The notes under the pieces: generated by a model
The model's database searches: none
What the model was told of the DNA's origin: nothing
What the model saw: the letters and a program-made list of their open reading frames with translations, nothing else
Made by a program: the position numbers and the translations under genes
Origin: Octopus sinensis
Taxonomy: Eukaryota
Assembly (NCBI RefSeq): GCF_006345805.1
Contig: NC_043002.1
Coordinates: 434,001 to 498,000 of the forward strand
Direction of reading: 5' to 3'
DNA length: 64,000 nucleotides
Shown: in pieces, positions 50,790-64,000 of the stretch
How positions within the stretch are numbered: the stretch's first letter is position 1
Layout: every line of letters starts with the position of its first letter

Positions 50790-51540
50790 TCAAAGCAGCA
50801 CCAAGTGCTTCAGTTGGTCACACACCACAAGGTTCAATAGAACCTAGTGAAGGAAGCCAGCATGCCCATGGCATTACCACAGGCGATGGTGAAACCAAGC
50901 ACCTTCACAGGAGGCATTACCTGTTGCCTCAGTGAGGTAAGTTGTCAACGAGGACAAAAACGTTGCTGTTAGTGGTCCAGTCCCTGCAAACATCTCAAAT
51001 GCCACAGGCTGGGAAAGATAGTTTGCTGTCAGGTCCTGATACTTCAGGGTTTTGTTCCGTTTGGCTATGGAAGCAGTGACCCTCCCACTTATTGCAGCAT
51101 CCAGGATGTAGGAGGGAGCAAAAAAGTCAGAGACTATGGCATCCCAGATGGGGCACCTCCCTCTAACCCAGAGGGCAGAGGGTAAGACCATCTGGTCTCT
51201 TTCCATCACTTCTTGGCTAATCCTGCCTGCTCCAGAATTGAGGGGATATTGATCTGAGCCAGGGCCCGCTTAATGATTAAGGGTTAGCTTGATGTGAGAC
51301 GAGCAAAATGACCAGCCTTTAGGTAGCAAGAACGACTGTAAAGACCTGTGGGATCGAGGGGCCTACAACAGCAACATCTCAGTCCCCTACAGATGTCAGC
51401 TCCCACTCTGAGAGCAATGGAGATGCAGAGCTCATATAGACTGAGTGGACCTCCAATGTTGGCCAGAGGCAGGCATCCATCCAGTCCCCATAAGAATCTG
51501 AACTTGTAATCCATGTAGAGTAGCTGTAAACTTTTCAATA
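50790..51540 (-). mobile_element. CRE-clade-like RLE non-LTR retrotransposon, 3' remnant
   Basis: ISIALRVGADIC...CCC.PLDPTG, D.MVLP..WVRGRCPIWDA..SDFFAPSY, KTLKYQDL...PVAFE: zinc knuckle plus PD-(D/E)xK endonuclease pattern. Confidence 0.65.
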
Positions 51541-51890
51541 GTCCAGTTGAGTGTTTCCTTTTTCACTGATCTTTAACTTTATGTTGACATCCGCTGGACA
51601 ACTGATTACCACTACTGTACCGTTTCACTTCTCTGTCCCAGATCATGATATCTGGGGTATTATGTTTGTATTTTATAGATGTTTTCACTAGGACATCCCA
51701 CCAATACTCTTTCATATTATTCTACCACTTTATGGATTCTTCCAACGGATTTCATTAGACTTGGTTACATCAGGTCTCATCGGGATATAACACGATGACG
51801 TTTTTGGATAACTGCTTATGATGTGTATTTTCAGTCGTCATTAGTAATTACATTTTTGTGGGGTTTTTTATATCTATGTATGTGTGTGTG

Positions 51891-51943
<53 letters not shown>

Positions 51944-52284
51944 CAGCAGCAGAGAATTTCAAACTAGAAGAGTTTCAAAATTGTCTCTAATCAAAATGAA
52001 ATATATTCCCTGGTTTTTACTTGGAATGTTTTGCATTCAGTTAGCATTTTTATAACGAATTCGAAATCCTGTATCTGTTTATTCCATGATTAATATAGTT
52101 TTAATCTGCGTAGGTGCTGTATAGCCAGAGGCCACGACCAATGGAGAAACTTGGTTAAATATGTTTTAAACATTACCATCATATCGACCGTCTATGTCGA
52201 CGTATATATTTCTTTAAAAATATATATATTTCGTTATGTCTATGTCGACGTATATGTCACTCCCTTCCTCTGTCAAGTACGCTT

Positions 52285-52330
52285 CTTTCCTATATAAATT
52301 TATAACACACTCGAGAGCCGACTCTAACGT
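52285..52330 (+). promoter_or_regulatory. Possible TATA-box core promoter of the membrane-protein gene
   Basis: cctatataaattt near 52289-52301 in unique DNA, about 420 bp upstream of the ATG. A candidate 5' UTR intron runs from gtaaga (~52448) to ttag (52688). Confidence 0.25.
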
Positions 52331-52711
52331 CCACCCCAATCGTCTTCTACTGTTGAGAACTTATGAAATTTGGTTTGCCTCATAGACTTAACAATACAAA
52401 TATTAAAAGAAAATATAGTCATAAAATACCAAACTACAACAGTGACCGTAAGAGGAAGGAATGTTGAATATTTGTCTTTTCATTTTCTCGGTCTTCAAAC
52501 GCATGCGTATCAGTTAATTAGGTCAGTTTTTACCTGTCAGGTGTCAGTAAGATGGAAATGTTCAGGTAGGACTTCTTTGACTCATATATTATATTTGACG
52601 AAGTTATTAAATTTGTTTAACGTTTCTACCTGACCTAGAAACTTGTTTTTAAAACATTAACTTAAAAACAACTTTTACTGTTTGTTAGAACATAGAATTA
52701 AAGCAGAAATC

Positions 52712-53038
52712 ATGGGTAAAGATTTAGATATGGATACCCTGACGGCCTACAGTCATTATTTACATGGAAGAATTAAAGAACAGTTAAACTCTTTGAACAT
52801 AGGACCTGGTCGCTTTTATTTTCTCTCTGCAATGACGCTATTCGTTTTCGGATTGATGTGCATGGTAGTTGGCATTTTGGTTATTACCCTCCGACATCGT
52901 CACGTTTATTTAATCAACTTTGACTACAAGTTTCTGGGACCTGGATTCATTGTTATTTTCATTTTGTGCTTCGGAATCGGAACCCATTTGTTGGTTCACG
53001 CAAAACAAGTCACCAACAAATATCGTCGGAAACTTCGA
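52712..53038 (+). CDS. Coding exon of a small two-pass membrane protein (PIRT/TMEM200-like topology); gene incomplete
   Basis: ATG GGT...CGA|GTAAGT, 109 codons in non-repeat DNA. Two hydrophobic helices (FYFLSAMTLFVFGLMCMVVGILVITL; FLGPGFIVIFILCFGIGTHLLV) followed by basic KYRRKLR. Acceptor-like tttgttag lies just upstream. Confidence 0.7.
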
Positions 53039-55359
53039 GTAAGTAACATTTAAATTCTATCATTAAAACTCATTTTCAAATTGAAATCATTTACAAAGTA
53101 ACATCAACGTTTTCTACAAGTTTTATAGAATTAATTTAAGCATTCTGAAAATGTTAAAAACTTTCGTTGTCTTCTAAAATCTTAATTTTTATGTTAAGAT
53201 GTTCTGTATAAATCCCCACTGATGTATAAATTAGGCTTATATATATATAAAATCTCAATTGGCCCGATTTTTAAGTTTCTTGATTCCTGAAGGAATGGGT
53301 CTGTCTCTAAGCGCTAAAATAACTTTTCGAAACAGATTTAGAAGTTCACTTGAATCTTATATCATAGGACACAGGATTTATAGGATAGACATGTGTGGTG
53401 AAGTAGTTCGTATCTCACATTTTCCCACTTTTGATTCCACTCTTTTGCCATTTTAAGAAAACGTCTTCTATTTATCAACCGTGGGTCAACTCAAATGCTG
53501 TTTGGTGAAATTGGCTGAACGGAAATTGTGTCCATTTAGTGGTGGACTGGACTAGTTTTTGAATGGTATCCTTAATTTGTTGCACGTTTTAATACCATCA
53601 CTTGGTAAGGAGATCAAGTATGCAATTTATTCCCCAAACTCAGATAATCTGCAAAATAAATAAATAGCTTCACAACTGCTCTTTTCTTTTGGCGAAACAC
53701 ACACACATATATATATATGTAGGGAACGAGTGGAAATCACCCCGACCTCAGCTAATACATATAACACTTTTACCACCACTAGTTTCTTCCTACAGGACAT
53801 ATCCATATGTTTTCACAAAGTTATTTTAATTGTTTATCGCGGTATTCATTGGGTTCAACAGGTGCGTGAATAATTTCATATTTCAAAGTATTGGATACTT
53901 TTTCAGGGAAATGTTTCTGTAAAGGGAATAACCAAACATGACAGAAACTACGAAATGTTTCTAGTTTCTGTAAATACAAAAGAGAAACAGATTTAATTCA
54001 CTGTGTATAATATGAAGCATATTAAGTAAATATTGTGTGAATATGGAGCAAATAAGGTAAACGTATTGTAACCTTTTACATTTAATGTTCTTGATCTCGG
54101 GTATAAAACGGGAGCGACAAAGCAACCGAAAATAACATAATTCCAAAATAACTGGCGAAAGGAGCCAAATTATTTTTTAAGTTTTATTTTTAAAAAATAT
54201 TGAACTTCATTTGAAATCCGCCGGTTGCCTAACATCCTACCTCGAAGTATAGAGTGGATTTCTTCAACTCCATCAGCAAATTAAAGATTTCGAGAGTCTT
54301 CTCAATCAGTGGAAATGTATTTGTATGTCTATGGTTGAATTTAAAGAGGAATCACTTCTAATGGATCTCTCATGAACTGGTTTAACAATACTATTCTCCT
54401 CACACTATCCAATGACTATTGAATTCTCAGAATCCAGAATTCGCTGATTCGTTAAGTGTTAGGTATATTTAACTGATGTCCTTCAGGAATTCTTTTATAT
54501 TCTATGTTTCTTGTATGTGTTCAACAGTTGTTATATTGGTAATTATAAGAGAAAGCTATCCTGTTTATAGCTCCCTGGAAGGTCACCGCCCCATTTGTTG
54601 CTCAAAACAGGAGCTAGAAAAGCGGCATTCCTTCGATATAGCTCGACAAGGTCGAGACATTTCACTTTGGGTATTTTCGTGGTTTGTGGAGTATAGATAA
54701 AACGAAATTATGCCACCAATGTCTCGTTTTCAACTTCAAGCCAAAAAATGGCCTTGCATATTTGTTCTTACCTGTTTCATGTGTCTATGTAAAATCTGCA
54801 AATTTCCAAGCAGAAAACAGAATCGGATTGTCATTTGCTTCCACGGAAATACCCGAAGTGAAGTGTTTTGATTTTGTCGAGTTCTATCGAAAAAATGTCA
54901 CAAAAGCTATATACTATCAGACTCCTCCTGTGGCCCTGGTGGTAGGTACTTTTCAAAGGAAAATTGGAGGACAGTATATTTAAGCATCTAGTTCTATATA
55001 TTGTTTGACTATGTGTAATTTATATACATTTACTTCTTGTGTTAATGAGCAGATACCTTATCACTTGGACTTGCTATAGGGTATATGCTTTATTCAGTTA
55101 TGCTTTTTGATGAGAATGAATGGCAAATTTCCATTTGTAATGAAGTCCTGATCATCTCTGATAAAGTAGACTGCCTTTGACTTAAAGCTTGGAGACAAGT
55201 TTGAAAAAAGAGATGACTCTTATACCACTGTGGCCATTGCATTGAATTATCAGCATTCCTTACACTTAATTCAGACAGGAGCTCACCATATTAAAATTTT
55301 ACTCCATTTGTAGCAGCTGTTTGACAACATTGTTTCTTTGTATTATTATCATGCAACTG

Positions 55360-57615
55360 CAAAAACTTGAGGTATTTCGTGTTGCAAGACAGTATGAGAG
55401 AGAATCGTGATGTCGGAGGTGAGAAAGGTGTCCGCATGGATGATGATTCACTTGCACTAAACAAGGTTGCAAAGAGAGAGGTTTGGAGACCCACTATGAA
55501 CAGTTGCTCTATAAAGAGAATGAATAGGAGAAAGAGAGTCTGCCAAATGTCGACCCAACAGAGGGACAAGCTATCCGAATTGACAGTACCTTGGTAGATA
55601 AAGCAATTAAGAGTATGAAGACAGGGAAAGCTACCAGCCCATCAGGAATCACTGCAGAGATGCTTGAAATATCTGGCAGTGTCAGCTATAGCCTAGTCGC
55701 CTATATAGTTAACCAGGTGATACAGGAAGGGGTCATACCCAATGACTGGTGTAGCAGCATAATAGTCAACCACTGCAAAGGTAAAGGTGACACTTTAGAT
55801 ACAAATAATTATAGAGGTATCACGCTGTTGGATCAGGTAATGAAGGTTATGGAGAGGGTCATAGCCCAACTGATTAGGGAGAGAGTCAGCTTGGATGAGA
55901 TGCAGTTTGGTTTCGTGCCAGGGAAAAGCACCACCGATGCCATATTTCTGGTGAGACAGCTGCAGGAGAAATACCTAGCCAAAGATAAGCCCCTGTACCT
56001 AGCTTTCGTTGACATGGAGAAAGCCTTTGACAGGGTCCCCCTGATCCATTATGTGGTGGTCAATGAGGAAACTAGAGATAGATGAATGGTTAGTGAGAGC
56101 TGTGCAAGCCATGTACAGGGACACTGTCAGTAAGGTGAGGGTTGGCAACGAGTACAGTGAAGAATTTTGGGCAGAGGTAAGGGTCCGCCAAGGTTCAGTC
56201 CTCACCTCCCTCCTATTTATCATAGGAATTCAAGACAAGATACCCCTGGGAGCTCCTCTATGCTGACGACCTTGCTCTAATTGCTGAGTCACTATCAGAA
56301 CTAAAGAAGTTTCAGGTGTGGAAGCAAGGATTATAATCGGAGGGCCTTAGAGTCATCCTAGCTAAAACCAAAGTCCTAATAAGTAGGAAGGCAGACAAAC
56401 CACAAATCCCTTCAGGTAGATGGCCCTGCTTGATCTGTAGAAAAGGCATAGGTGATGTACCCAGTGTAAGCTATGGACACATAAGAGGTGCAGCAATATA
56501 AAAGGAAGGCTAACTGGGAAGAGAGTTTTTGTATGTGGAAGATGCTCAGGAGCAACAAACACTGAAAATGTGCAGAGACCAACTTCCACCACATTCCAGG
56601 GAGAAAAACTAGAAGTAGTTGATAGCTTCCATTATCTAGGTGACCAAGTCAGTAGCAGAGGTAGGTGTGCTGAAAGTGTAACTGCTAGAATAAGAATAGC
56701 CTGGGCAAAGTTCAGAGAGCTCTTACCTCTGCTGGGGACAAAGGGCCTCTCGTTCAGAGTAACAGGTAGACTGTATGACACATGTACGAACAGCCATGCT
56801 ACATGGCAGTGAAACATGGGCTGTGACTGCTGAGGACATGCGTAAGCTCACAAGGAATGAAGCCAGTATGCTCCGATGGATGTGTAATGTCTGTGCATAC
56901 TCGATAGAGTTTAAGTACCTTGAGAGAAAAGTTGGACCTAAGAAGCATCAGATGTGGTGTGCAAGAGATGACTGTGCTGGTATGTTCATGTGGCAAGAAT
57001 GGATGAGGATAGCTGTGTGAAAAAGTGCCACACCCTAGCGGTTGATGGAACCTGTGGAAGAGGTTGACCCAGGAAGACCTGGGACGAGGTGATGAAGCAC
57101 AACCTTCGAACATTAGGCGCCACCGAGGCAATGACAAGTGACCGGGACCTTTGGAAATATGCAGTGCATGAGAAGACCAGGCAAGCCAAATGAGACTATA
57201 ACCCGTGGCCTACGCCAGGTGTGTAACCAACCCACTTATGCATACCTTTCCTTCATTGGACACTAAACTCTGCTTGTGAAGACCTGTTGAGGCAAGTGAA
57301 ATTGAAATCAAAATCAAATTCGATGACTGGCATCTGTGCTAGTGGAGTGCTAAGAGCACCATCCGAGCATGATTGTTGCCAGAGCAGCTGATTGGCTTCC
57401 ATGCAGGTGGCACGTAAAAAGTACCATTTGAGTGTGGCCGTTGCCAGTACCACCTGACTGGCCCTTGTGCCAGTGGCACGTAAAAGCAGTGGTTGGCATT
57501 AGGAAGGGCATCCAGCAGTAGAAACTCTGCCAGATCAGATTGGAGCCTGGTGCAGCCATCTGATTCGTCCAACCCATGCCAGCATGGAAGTGGACGTTAA
57601 ATGATGATGATGATG
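55360..57615 (+). mobile_element. RTE LINE 3' ~2.2 kb
   Basis: ORF 55591-56085 (NYRGITLLDQVMK...EMQFGFVPGKSTTDAIF...FVDMEKAFDRVP), UTR and (GAT)n tail. Confidence 0.9.
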
Positions 57616-57619
57616 AACT

Positions 57620-60600
57620 GCAACAAATCGCCACCTCTTTGCCATCGTAGGAGCACCACATGAACACCTTCCATAAACTCACAGAATGTCATGAGGCTGG
57701 CGCCCTTTTCTGATGCTTCTGTCTGATATGGGAAAAAATAGTAAAATATTTGAGCATACCTCGTTATATGCGTGCATAGCAATAACGTACCCACTTCAGC
57801 CTTGGCAAATACGTAGCCCTTTGTTGTAGGCAATGTTTCTTGTCTTCTCCCGACGTGTTAATGCAAACAGTCTGCCTCTACTACTGGAGCATGCAACGTA
57901 CAGCTGGCCGTGGGAAAAGCAAGGCTCTTTCAAGAGAAGTCTGGCCCTGGGACTTGTCGGCAGACATGGTAAAGCTGGGCTGGAACAGGAATTGCAGTCT
58001 TCTGAAGGTGAAAGGTATGTCTGCTCCCAAGGGAGCAAGGGGAATCCTGGGAATGAATACATCCTCACCTTTTCTGCATCCGGATAAGATAGTTGCCTCG
58101 ACAACATGCTTCATCAATTTTTTTTATAACCAGACATGTTCCATTGCACAGTCTGGGGGGTACTCCAAGTTTCACAGAAACATAACCGGAGTTCCAACTT
58201 TAAGGCAGCGCAGGTGTACTGTTGGGCCTGGAGGGTCTAAAAAGTTGAGGAACTCCGTTGGGAAATTCACTGATTCATTTGCACCTACCATCGTGTCTAC
58301 AGATTTGTATGTGAAAGGAGCACCAGGAAGTGACTCAGTTGATCATTGAATTTTGTAACGGTCACGTTTTGCGGTGCCAGCGCTGCTCTTTCAGATAGCC
58401 ATTCATGATTGAGATAATTATCTTTTAAATGGAGAAACACTTTATTGGTGAGTTCAGCCAAAGATAAAACGGGAGTTATGAACGGGTGGCCATCCAGTTC
58501 CCCATCAGTGTCAAGTGGCACTTTACCATCACCAAGTTTCAGAATGTCACTCGTGAAGTTAACCAACGTTTGGTTGCCGAGCAATTGAGCCCTCATGTTG
58601 ATTGTCAGGGGCAGTGACCTGACATGACGCAGTGCAGAGACGACTTAAGGCATGCTTGAACCTCATCTGCTCACGTGCCTTTGGGGATAACAGGAAGAGT
58701 TTGCCTAAAGTCACCTGAAAGCAAAAGTGTAACTCCTCCCATGGGGGCTTTGCAACCCCTAATATTCTGTTTAATGTGTTGAAGGCTCCCTTGTGGGCCA
58801 TAGTACACTCGTCCCACACAATAAGCTGACAGCATTTCAGCACTTGGCCCTGATCAGAGTTCTTGCTTATATTGCAGGTAGGTGTTTCTGACTTAGTTAA
58901 ATTGAGGGGCAACTTAAAGGTGGAGTGTGCAGTTCTTCCACCAGGCAGCAAAGTTGCAGCAATCCCTGAAGATGCGACCTCAACCGCAATGCTCCTTTGC
59001 ATCCTGACCTTTGCTAAGATGAGCTTCATTAGAAAGGTTTTGCCTGTACCTCCTGGAGCATCAAGAAAAAACAAACCACATTTCCTGTGGCGCACATGAT
59101 CAGTCACAATAGTATAAACATGCTGTTGATGTGGAAAAAGCTTTGGTTCAGTTTCTAGGACGAAATTAGCAAGAGCATCTGTGCCATAGGATGTCTCTTG
59201 CAAAAGAGATGTAGGAAGTTGTAACAGGATCTGGATTCGGTATCACTGGAGGGGTGTCCGACCTGGTCCCGTCACATTCAATTTTAGTTAAAATAACAGA
59301 CAAGTCAGGCGATCTACGAACACAGCAAAATGTTGTTTATTTCTCGTCGTAATGTAGGACTGGTGCACGTGTTCTCTGGAGGGAAACCGATGGCCGAATC
59401 TGTAGTACTGATTCTTGTTTGTTGGTCGAAATGATTCGTTGTGGTTCGCTGCTTGGTTGGTGTGAAGTCTTCAGAGACTGCCAGTACACGTCCGTTCACG
59501 AGGGCTGCTAGGGCCAGAGAGGCTGAGTGAGTGGACTGTGTTTTAGGGGTCAGTTTCCTGCACATGCGCATGACTTCCGGTGGCCAACCGGAAGTAATCC
59601 CATTCTGTGCATGTGTGCTGAACCTTACACAGCAGTATCACTACAAAGTAAATTTGATTCTGAACGCAGCAGTTTAGGCAGACAGTATGAGGGCAAGTCA
59701 TTCCCACCAAGTGATGCAACTGTATTTTCAGTGTCGATCAAGACTTGATTGTATACCTCATCACTTATACTTTCTATCCCAGGAAAAAGCAACTTCGCCT
59801 GATGTATGAAGTCCTCCAATAAGTCGTCTTTAAATTTGAGTCACAAAGACAAAGGGTTGTTCAGTTCACAAATTTGCATCAAATACAGCTTGTAGATGCT
59901 TAGGTGTCTTGGATCCAACAACATCAAATAATGTAGCCTCCCATTGCGCATCGTCTTCCAGCAAACTGCGCTTGAAGCATGCTTCCCTGTAAGTGCTGCA
60001 AACAGCCACTGACAGTCTTTAAGTCATCAAACGACTGGGGCCCACGTATCTCATGTAACAGAAGGCAAAGATAAAAGCACTCATGTTGGCTTGGATGCAC
60101 CGTGTAAACTCTCCCAAGACAGCTGTCAAACTTTACTCCAGGTTGTCCGTCAACTGGCTGGCCTGGCTTTCTGCGCACCCATTGTTGCTTAGTCCATGTG
60201 TAGTAGGATGGAATCTGAGGATAAAGCAGATTTTGTAAATGGCTTGTTCCGGCCCAGAGCAAAGAATGCAGTGAGAGTAGTTTGTTGAGGCTCTTCAACC
60301 ATTCTGGCAGCAGTCGCTTCGGTAAAGTAACCCCTTTGACCATTCTCCTGGTGAACTGCGAGTTGCTTGATGGGTGGGTGCCTTTGGTGTTTTGGAAAGC
60401 CAAAAATATGCCAGAAGTCTTCGTTACTGCCAATATAACAGCCAACTAGGTATTGTAAGGCCTCATCAAGGCAGTTTTCCAGCTGTAGACTGAACATAGT
60501 GGCATCTGAGCCCTTGTTGACATATTTTCAGATATACTTGATGGAATGGCAAAACTCCACATTGATGTAGGCACCAAATGTCTTTGAAAGAAGTGGTGAA

Positions 60601-62740
60601 TACGGTACAACCCATCTGTTGTCAACCTCATGTTGTCCAATTTTCATGGTAAAGGCACCGTCTGCAGGTTGGCACTGTCTGTACAGAGGGTGTCCATCAA
60701 TGCTAGTTTGTGTTTCCTTCAAAAATTTTTTTGGAAACTTCTTGCAGCAGATATTGTTGCTCAAGCAAGGGGAGCCTAAACTGAATCCACGCCCACATGG
60801 CCTGTGGATCATGGTCGCCTTGACTATTTCAAAGAGATATCTGTCAGTAGATGGGTTTGGAATCTCGGCAGAGATAATCGTGGGAGGTATTTTTACGGAG
60901 AGCAAGATTAGAATGTGTGCATGTGGTTGGCCTCTCTTTTGCCATTCAACAGTATACATATCACATCTAATGGAGCCAAATATTTGCCCTCCCTTAAGAA
61001 GCTCCATTAGTTTGATAAGCTTCAACTGGAAGACTTGCACTAGGAGGTCATGACAGTCTCTTGTGTGCTGGCCTGGAACCAATTCAGCTTTGTTGGTTAC
61101 GCAATCCAAATTGTCTGATTTGCACTGATGAATTCCAAACCGGTAGCCATCCTTTCCTCTCACAAAGAGGAGTGGGTATTGCAAGGCGTCATAAGATCTG
61201 TGCCTCTCGCATTTACAGTGAAGGGTGTTGTCTCTGTGTTTAAGGACAACATCTTGGTTATATTGATTAGCATGAAGAAGGACAGCTACTTTGTTGCATG
61301 TAGGTAAGTGGAAGCATCCAGAGTGTTTGCTTGACGGATATTTTGAGGCATCTATGACAACATTGAAATTTGATGAAGGAGCTGCCTCTAATTGCATACT
61401 TGAAGCTTATAACATAGCTGTTGAACTTGTGAAGAATATCTTGCAGGTTTCAGATGATGTGGATGTCTGTGCCAGCTGAAATTGGGTGCCACGTTGCTTC
61501 TTTTTCATTGGGATTACCAACGAAGTAAAGTTGGAGAAATTGTGAGTGTTGGTTGGTGGCAGGTTCAAGTAGTCCAATTCTATGGTATACCTGGCCTTGA
61601 ACCTTAAACATGGGCATGAATCCCCCTTCTCACACAACATTTGCTCTGAAAGGCGCAGTTGTACCTCCAGATGCAACTAAGAAAGTGCTTCGATTCAACC
61701 GTATCACCTGTGAAAAGAAGCTTTAGCAGCTCTGGTGGGTCCTTGAGTTGGGGCAATCAGACCTTTCCATCAGAGCAGCACAAACTGGATGGCTCCGCCT
61801 CCCACTTTTTGGCAAAGCAAAATTAGCACATCTTTGACATACTTCCAAGTGACATGTCTGGGTGGGCAACATAATCAAAGGTGGAATTTTACTGGAATGC
61901 TTTTAAGGCCCATTGTGAGGCCGATGGTTTAGAAACACCTTTCCTAAGGGCTTGCTGTCTGGCATCATTCTGAAGGTGATTATCATAGTCTTGTAATGTT
62001 TGGGAAGATCAAGCTGCAGCATCCGTTGTCCGACGTCTATGGTGCTGTTCCTCATTCTCCTCTGCAGGTGTGGCTGAGATGCACATGGCATTAGCGGCTT
62101 GGCAACATTTCCGCTGGGGACTTGTTTCAGAATCTCTTGCAGCAGCTGTAGATGTGGCGTTAGCAGGTCAGCGGCTTCTTCACTGGTCCTCTGTCTCTGA
62201 AGCTTGAGCAACTGCCATTGAAGGAGCATTTGCGGTTTGGCGAGTTCTACATTGGTCTTCAGTTTTTGCAGCATCAGCAGCAGTCACAGATCAGATGGCA
62301 ATAGGGGTCAAGCGAGCATTTCGCTGGTCATCTGTTTTGAGAGCTCTTCTGGCAGTTGCACGTTCAGCAGCTTGTAACCAATGGATGGTAGTCTCCAACA
62401 ACGATTCTGAAGCTCCATTTCGTCTTGATTCTTCTGCTTTAGCAGTATTTCGGCCAATAGTGAACTTCTTCCATCATGGCATGACCTAAAAAGAGAGGTT
62501 GCGGAACACTTAGACCCAGTCAGAAGGATAAAAGCAAGCGGCTGACTGGATATGTAAGTTTTTATGAAATAGGTAGGCAGGTATGAAGCCATAAGCATGT
62601 CTTAATGGAGAGGTATCCATAAGGTGGTTTAGTAGCTGTACGGTAAGCTGTGTTGCAATGGGAGCCGGCAACGAATCAAATCATTTCTCAAACGGGCGAT
62701 TAACATGTTTTCCACTATCTGCATTCGTAAGTGGATGTCA
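57620..62740 (-). mobile_element. Decayed autonomous-type Helitron (Rep plus PIF1 helicase pseudogene)
   Basis: Rep motif VEWQKRGQPHAHIL and YDALQYPLLF; helicase FLDAPGGTGKTF, ASSGIAATLLPGGRTAHSTFKLP, IVWDECTM, VFIPRIP, FSHGQLYVACS. Broken by many frameshifts; termini not identified. Confidence 0.9.
59220..59629 (-). mobile_element. Solo-LTR-like insertion (410 bp) inside the Helitron helicase gene
   Basis: Termini TGTAA...TTACA; AATAAA on the minus strand; the Helitron frame resumes on both sides (SDTA / LPTSLLQETSY). No clean TSD. Confidence 0.7.
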
Positions 62741-62849
62741 ATCATATTTTGTTCTACACTGGAATAAATATGTGAATGTGAATTGTCGACAGATAATGTC
62801 TAGCAGCCGTACTGTGAAGCCTGAGATAATGTTGCTTATCGATTTGTGA

Positions 62850-63850
62850 GGTAGAGGCGTTTGTCGAAAGTCCCTCTGCCTATTTTTCTCAATGAGAGGT
62901 GGTACTTTATGACTGTGTTCCAACAGCGTGAGGTGAAATGGCAAGGAACAAGAGGAGATGTAATAACAATTTTGTGGCTTACCAACTGCAGCTGGATTAA
63001 AGGAGGGAGGGATAGCTTTTAGAGGAGAGGTTGCGGTGAAAACGTTGGATCAGGATTGTGACTAGTGTTAGTGAAACCAAAAGGGGTTTTTAAGTAAGAT
63101 GCAGTCATCGCTCACGAAAACACGAGAATAAACGTATGATGCAACACTATCCCATTGTAAGAGGATGAAAGTGGGAAGAGGTAAGCGGAACTGTTGGTGT
63201 GTTAGTAAGGAATGGCACCTAGTTGTTGCTTTGCAAGTAATGGTCAAGTACTTACCAAGTGTCCAAACACTATGGAGAAGAGTTGCCTTGAGCTGAGGCA
63301 GAAGAATAGGTGGTTCCCTTGGAGCGGGGTTGTGGTAGGAGACAGACAATGCGTGGAAGTAATTCAAGATGTCTGACGTCTAGTGGGGGTCTGATAGCGA
63401 TTTGAAGCATGATTGCAAAACCTGTGTCAGTGCGGAAAATCGGCATAGGCTATTGTGTGTAAGTCGGAGGGGATGGGTTAAATTTAGGTCTCGACGTGAG
63501 GGGTAAAAAGGCACGGTTACAAATGGCAGCAGGAAGTGGGGGTGTAGGGTGTCGGAGCACAAATAAGGGGCGACAAACTGTAAAAATGAAGGATTTCCGG
63601 GGCTGGTGGAAATTGGAACTTACGTTGAGTGCAAAATAGAGCAGGGTATTTATGGTTGAAGATGATGGTTTGATGGCTGTGTCAATCCACCTAAGAGACC
63701 CACAAGAAGATATGACTGATTGTAAGTCCACGTCAGCAGGAAGTGAGCTTATGTAGGAGAGTGAGGACTTTTCAAGCAAACATTATGAGGTCATAAAAGC
63801 AAGTTTACAAGAACAGAGTGGCAATGGCAAAGTCAAAGTGAGGTTGCAGG
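62850..63850 (-). mobile_element. Highly decayed CR1/L2-like RT remnant
   Basis: Degenerate TIAYADF (YADD-like), LGKYLTI and FHLTLLEH...K segments in the expected order. Confidence 0.35.
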
Positions 63851-64000
63851 TAGGTACTGACAAAGTATGAGAATAAAAAATGGTGATCATAACAAAGTCA
63901 AGTGTCCGTCATTGTGTGTGTGAGCAGGTGATATGCGTATGAGTAAAGAAATTGTTGTTATAGTGGATCCCTAGCATAAATAAATCTGAATAATCAGGTG

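Overview
AT-rich, microsatellite-rich animal genomic DNA. The repeat families look like those of Octopus (inference from recalled repeats, not verifiable here). Most of the window is transposon-derived. Host genes: (1) the 5' part of MNS1 on the minus strand, with four coding exons (30454-30456, 28745-28954, 21760-21887, 15761-15863), canonical GT/AG sites and a continuous frame; later exons lie left of the window. (2) One plus-strand exon of a two-pass membrane protein (52712-53038). Mobile DNA: a nearly intact, apparently full-length CR1-type LINE (~7595-11985); about 16 RTE LINE fragments with modular 3' UTRs and (GAT)n tails; a decayed ~5 kb Helitron; a 4.7 kb hAT element with an 8-bp TSD full of nested insertions; two solo LTRs and a Gypsy gag remnant; Penelope-like, RLE-type and Tc1/mariner remnants; tRNA-derived SINEs; HINE-like elements. 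Best leads: a perfect 110-bp inverted repeat whose arms each encode a minimal hammerhead ribozyme with the U3-A8 compensatory core; a G GGA AAC slippery site linking ORF1 to an ATG-less ORF2 in the CR1 LINE; and the modular, tandemly amplified RTE 3' UTR. Most short ORFs in the supplied track are noise from repeats or microsatellites. Boundaries of decayed elements are approximate.
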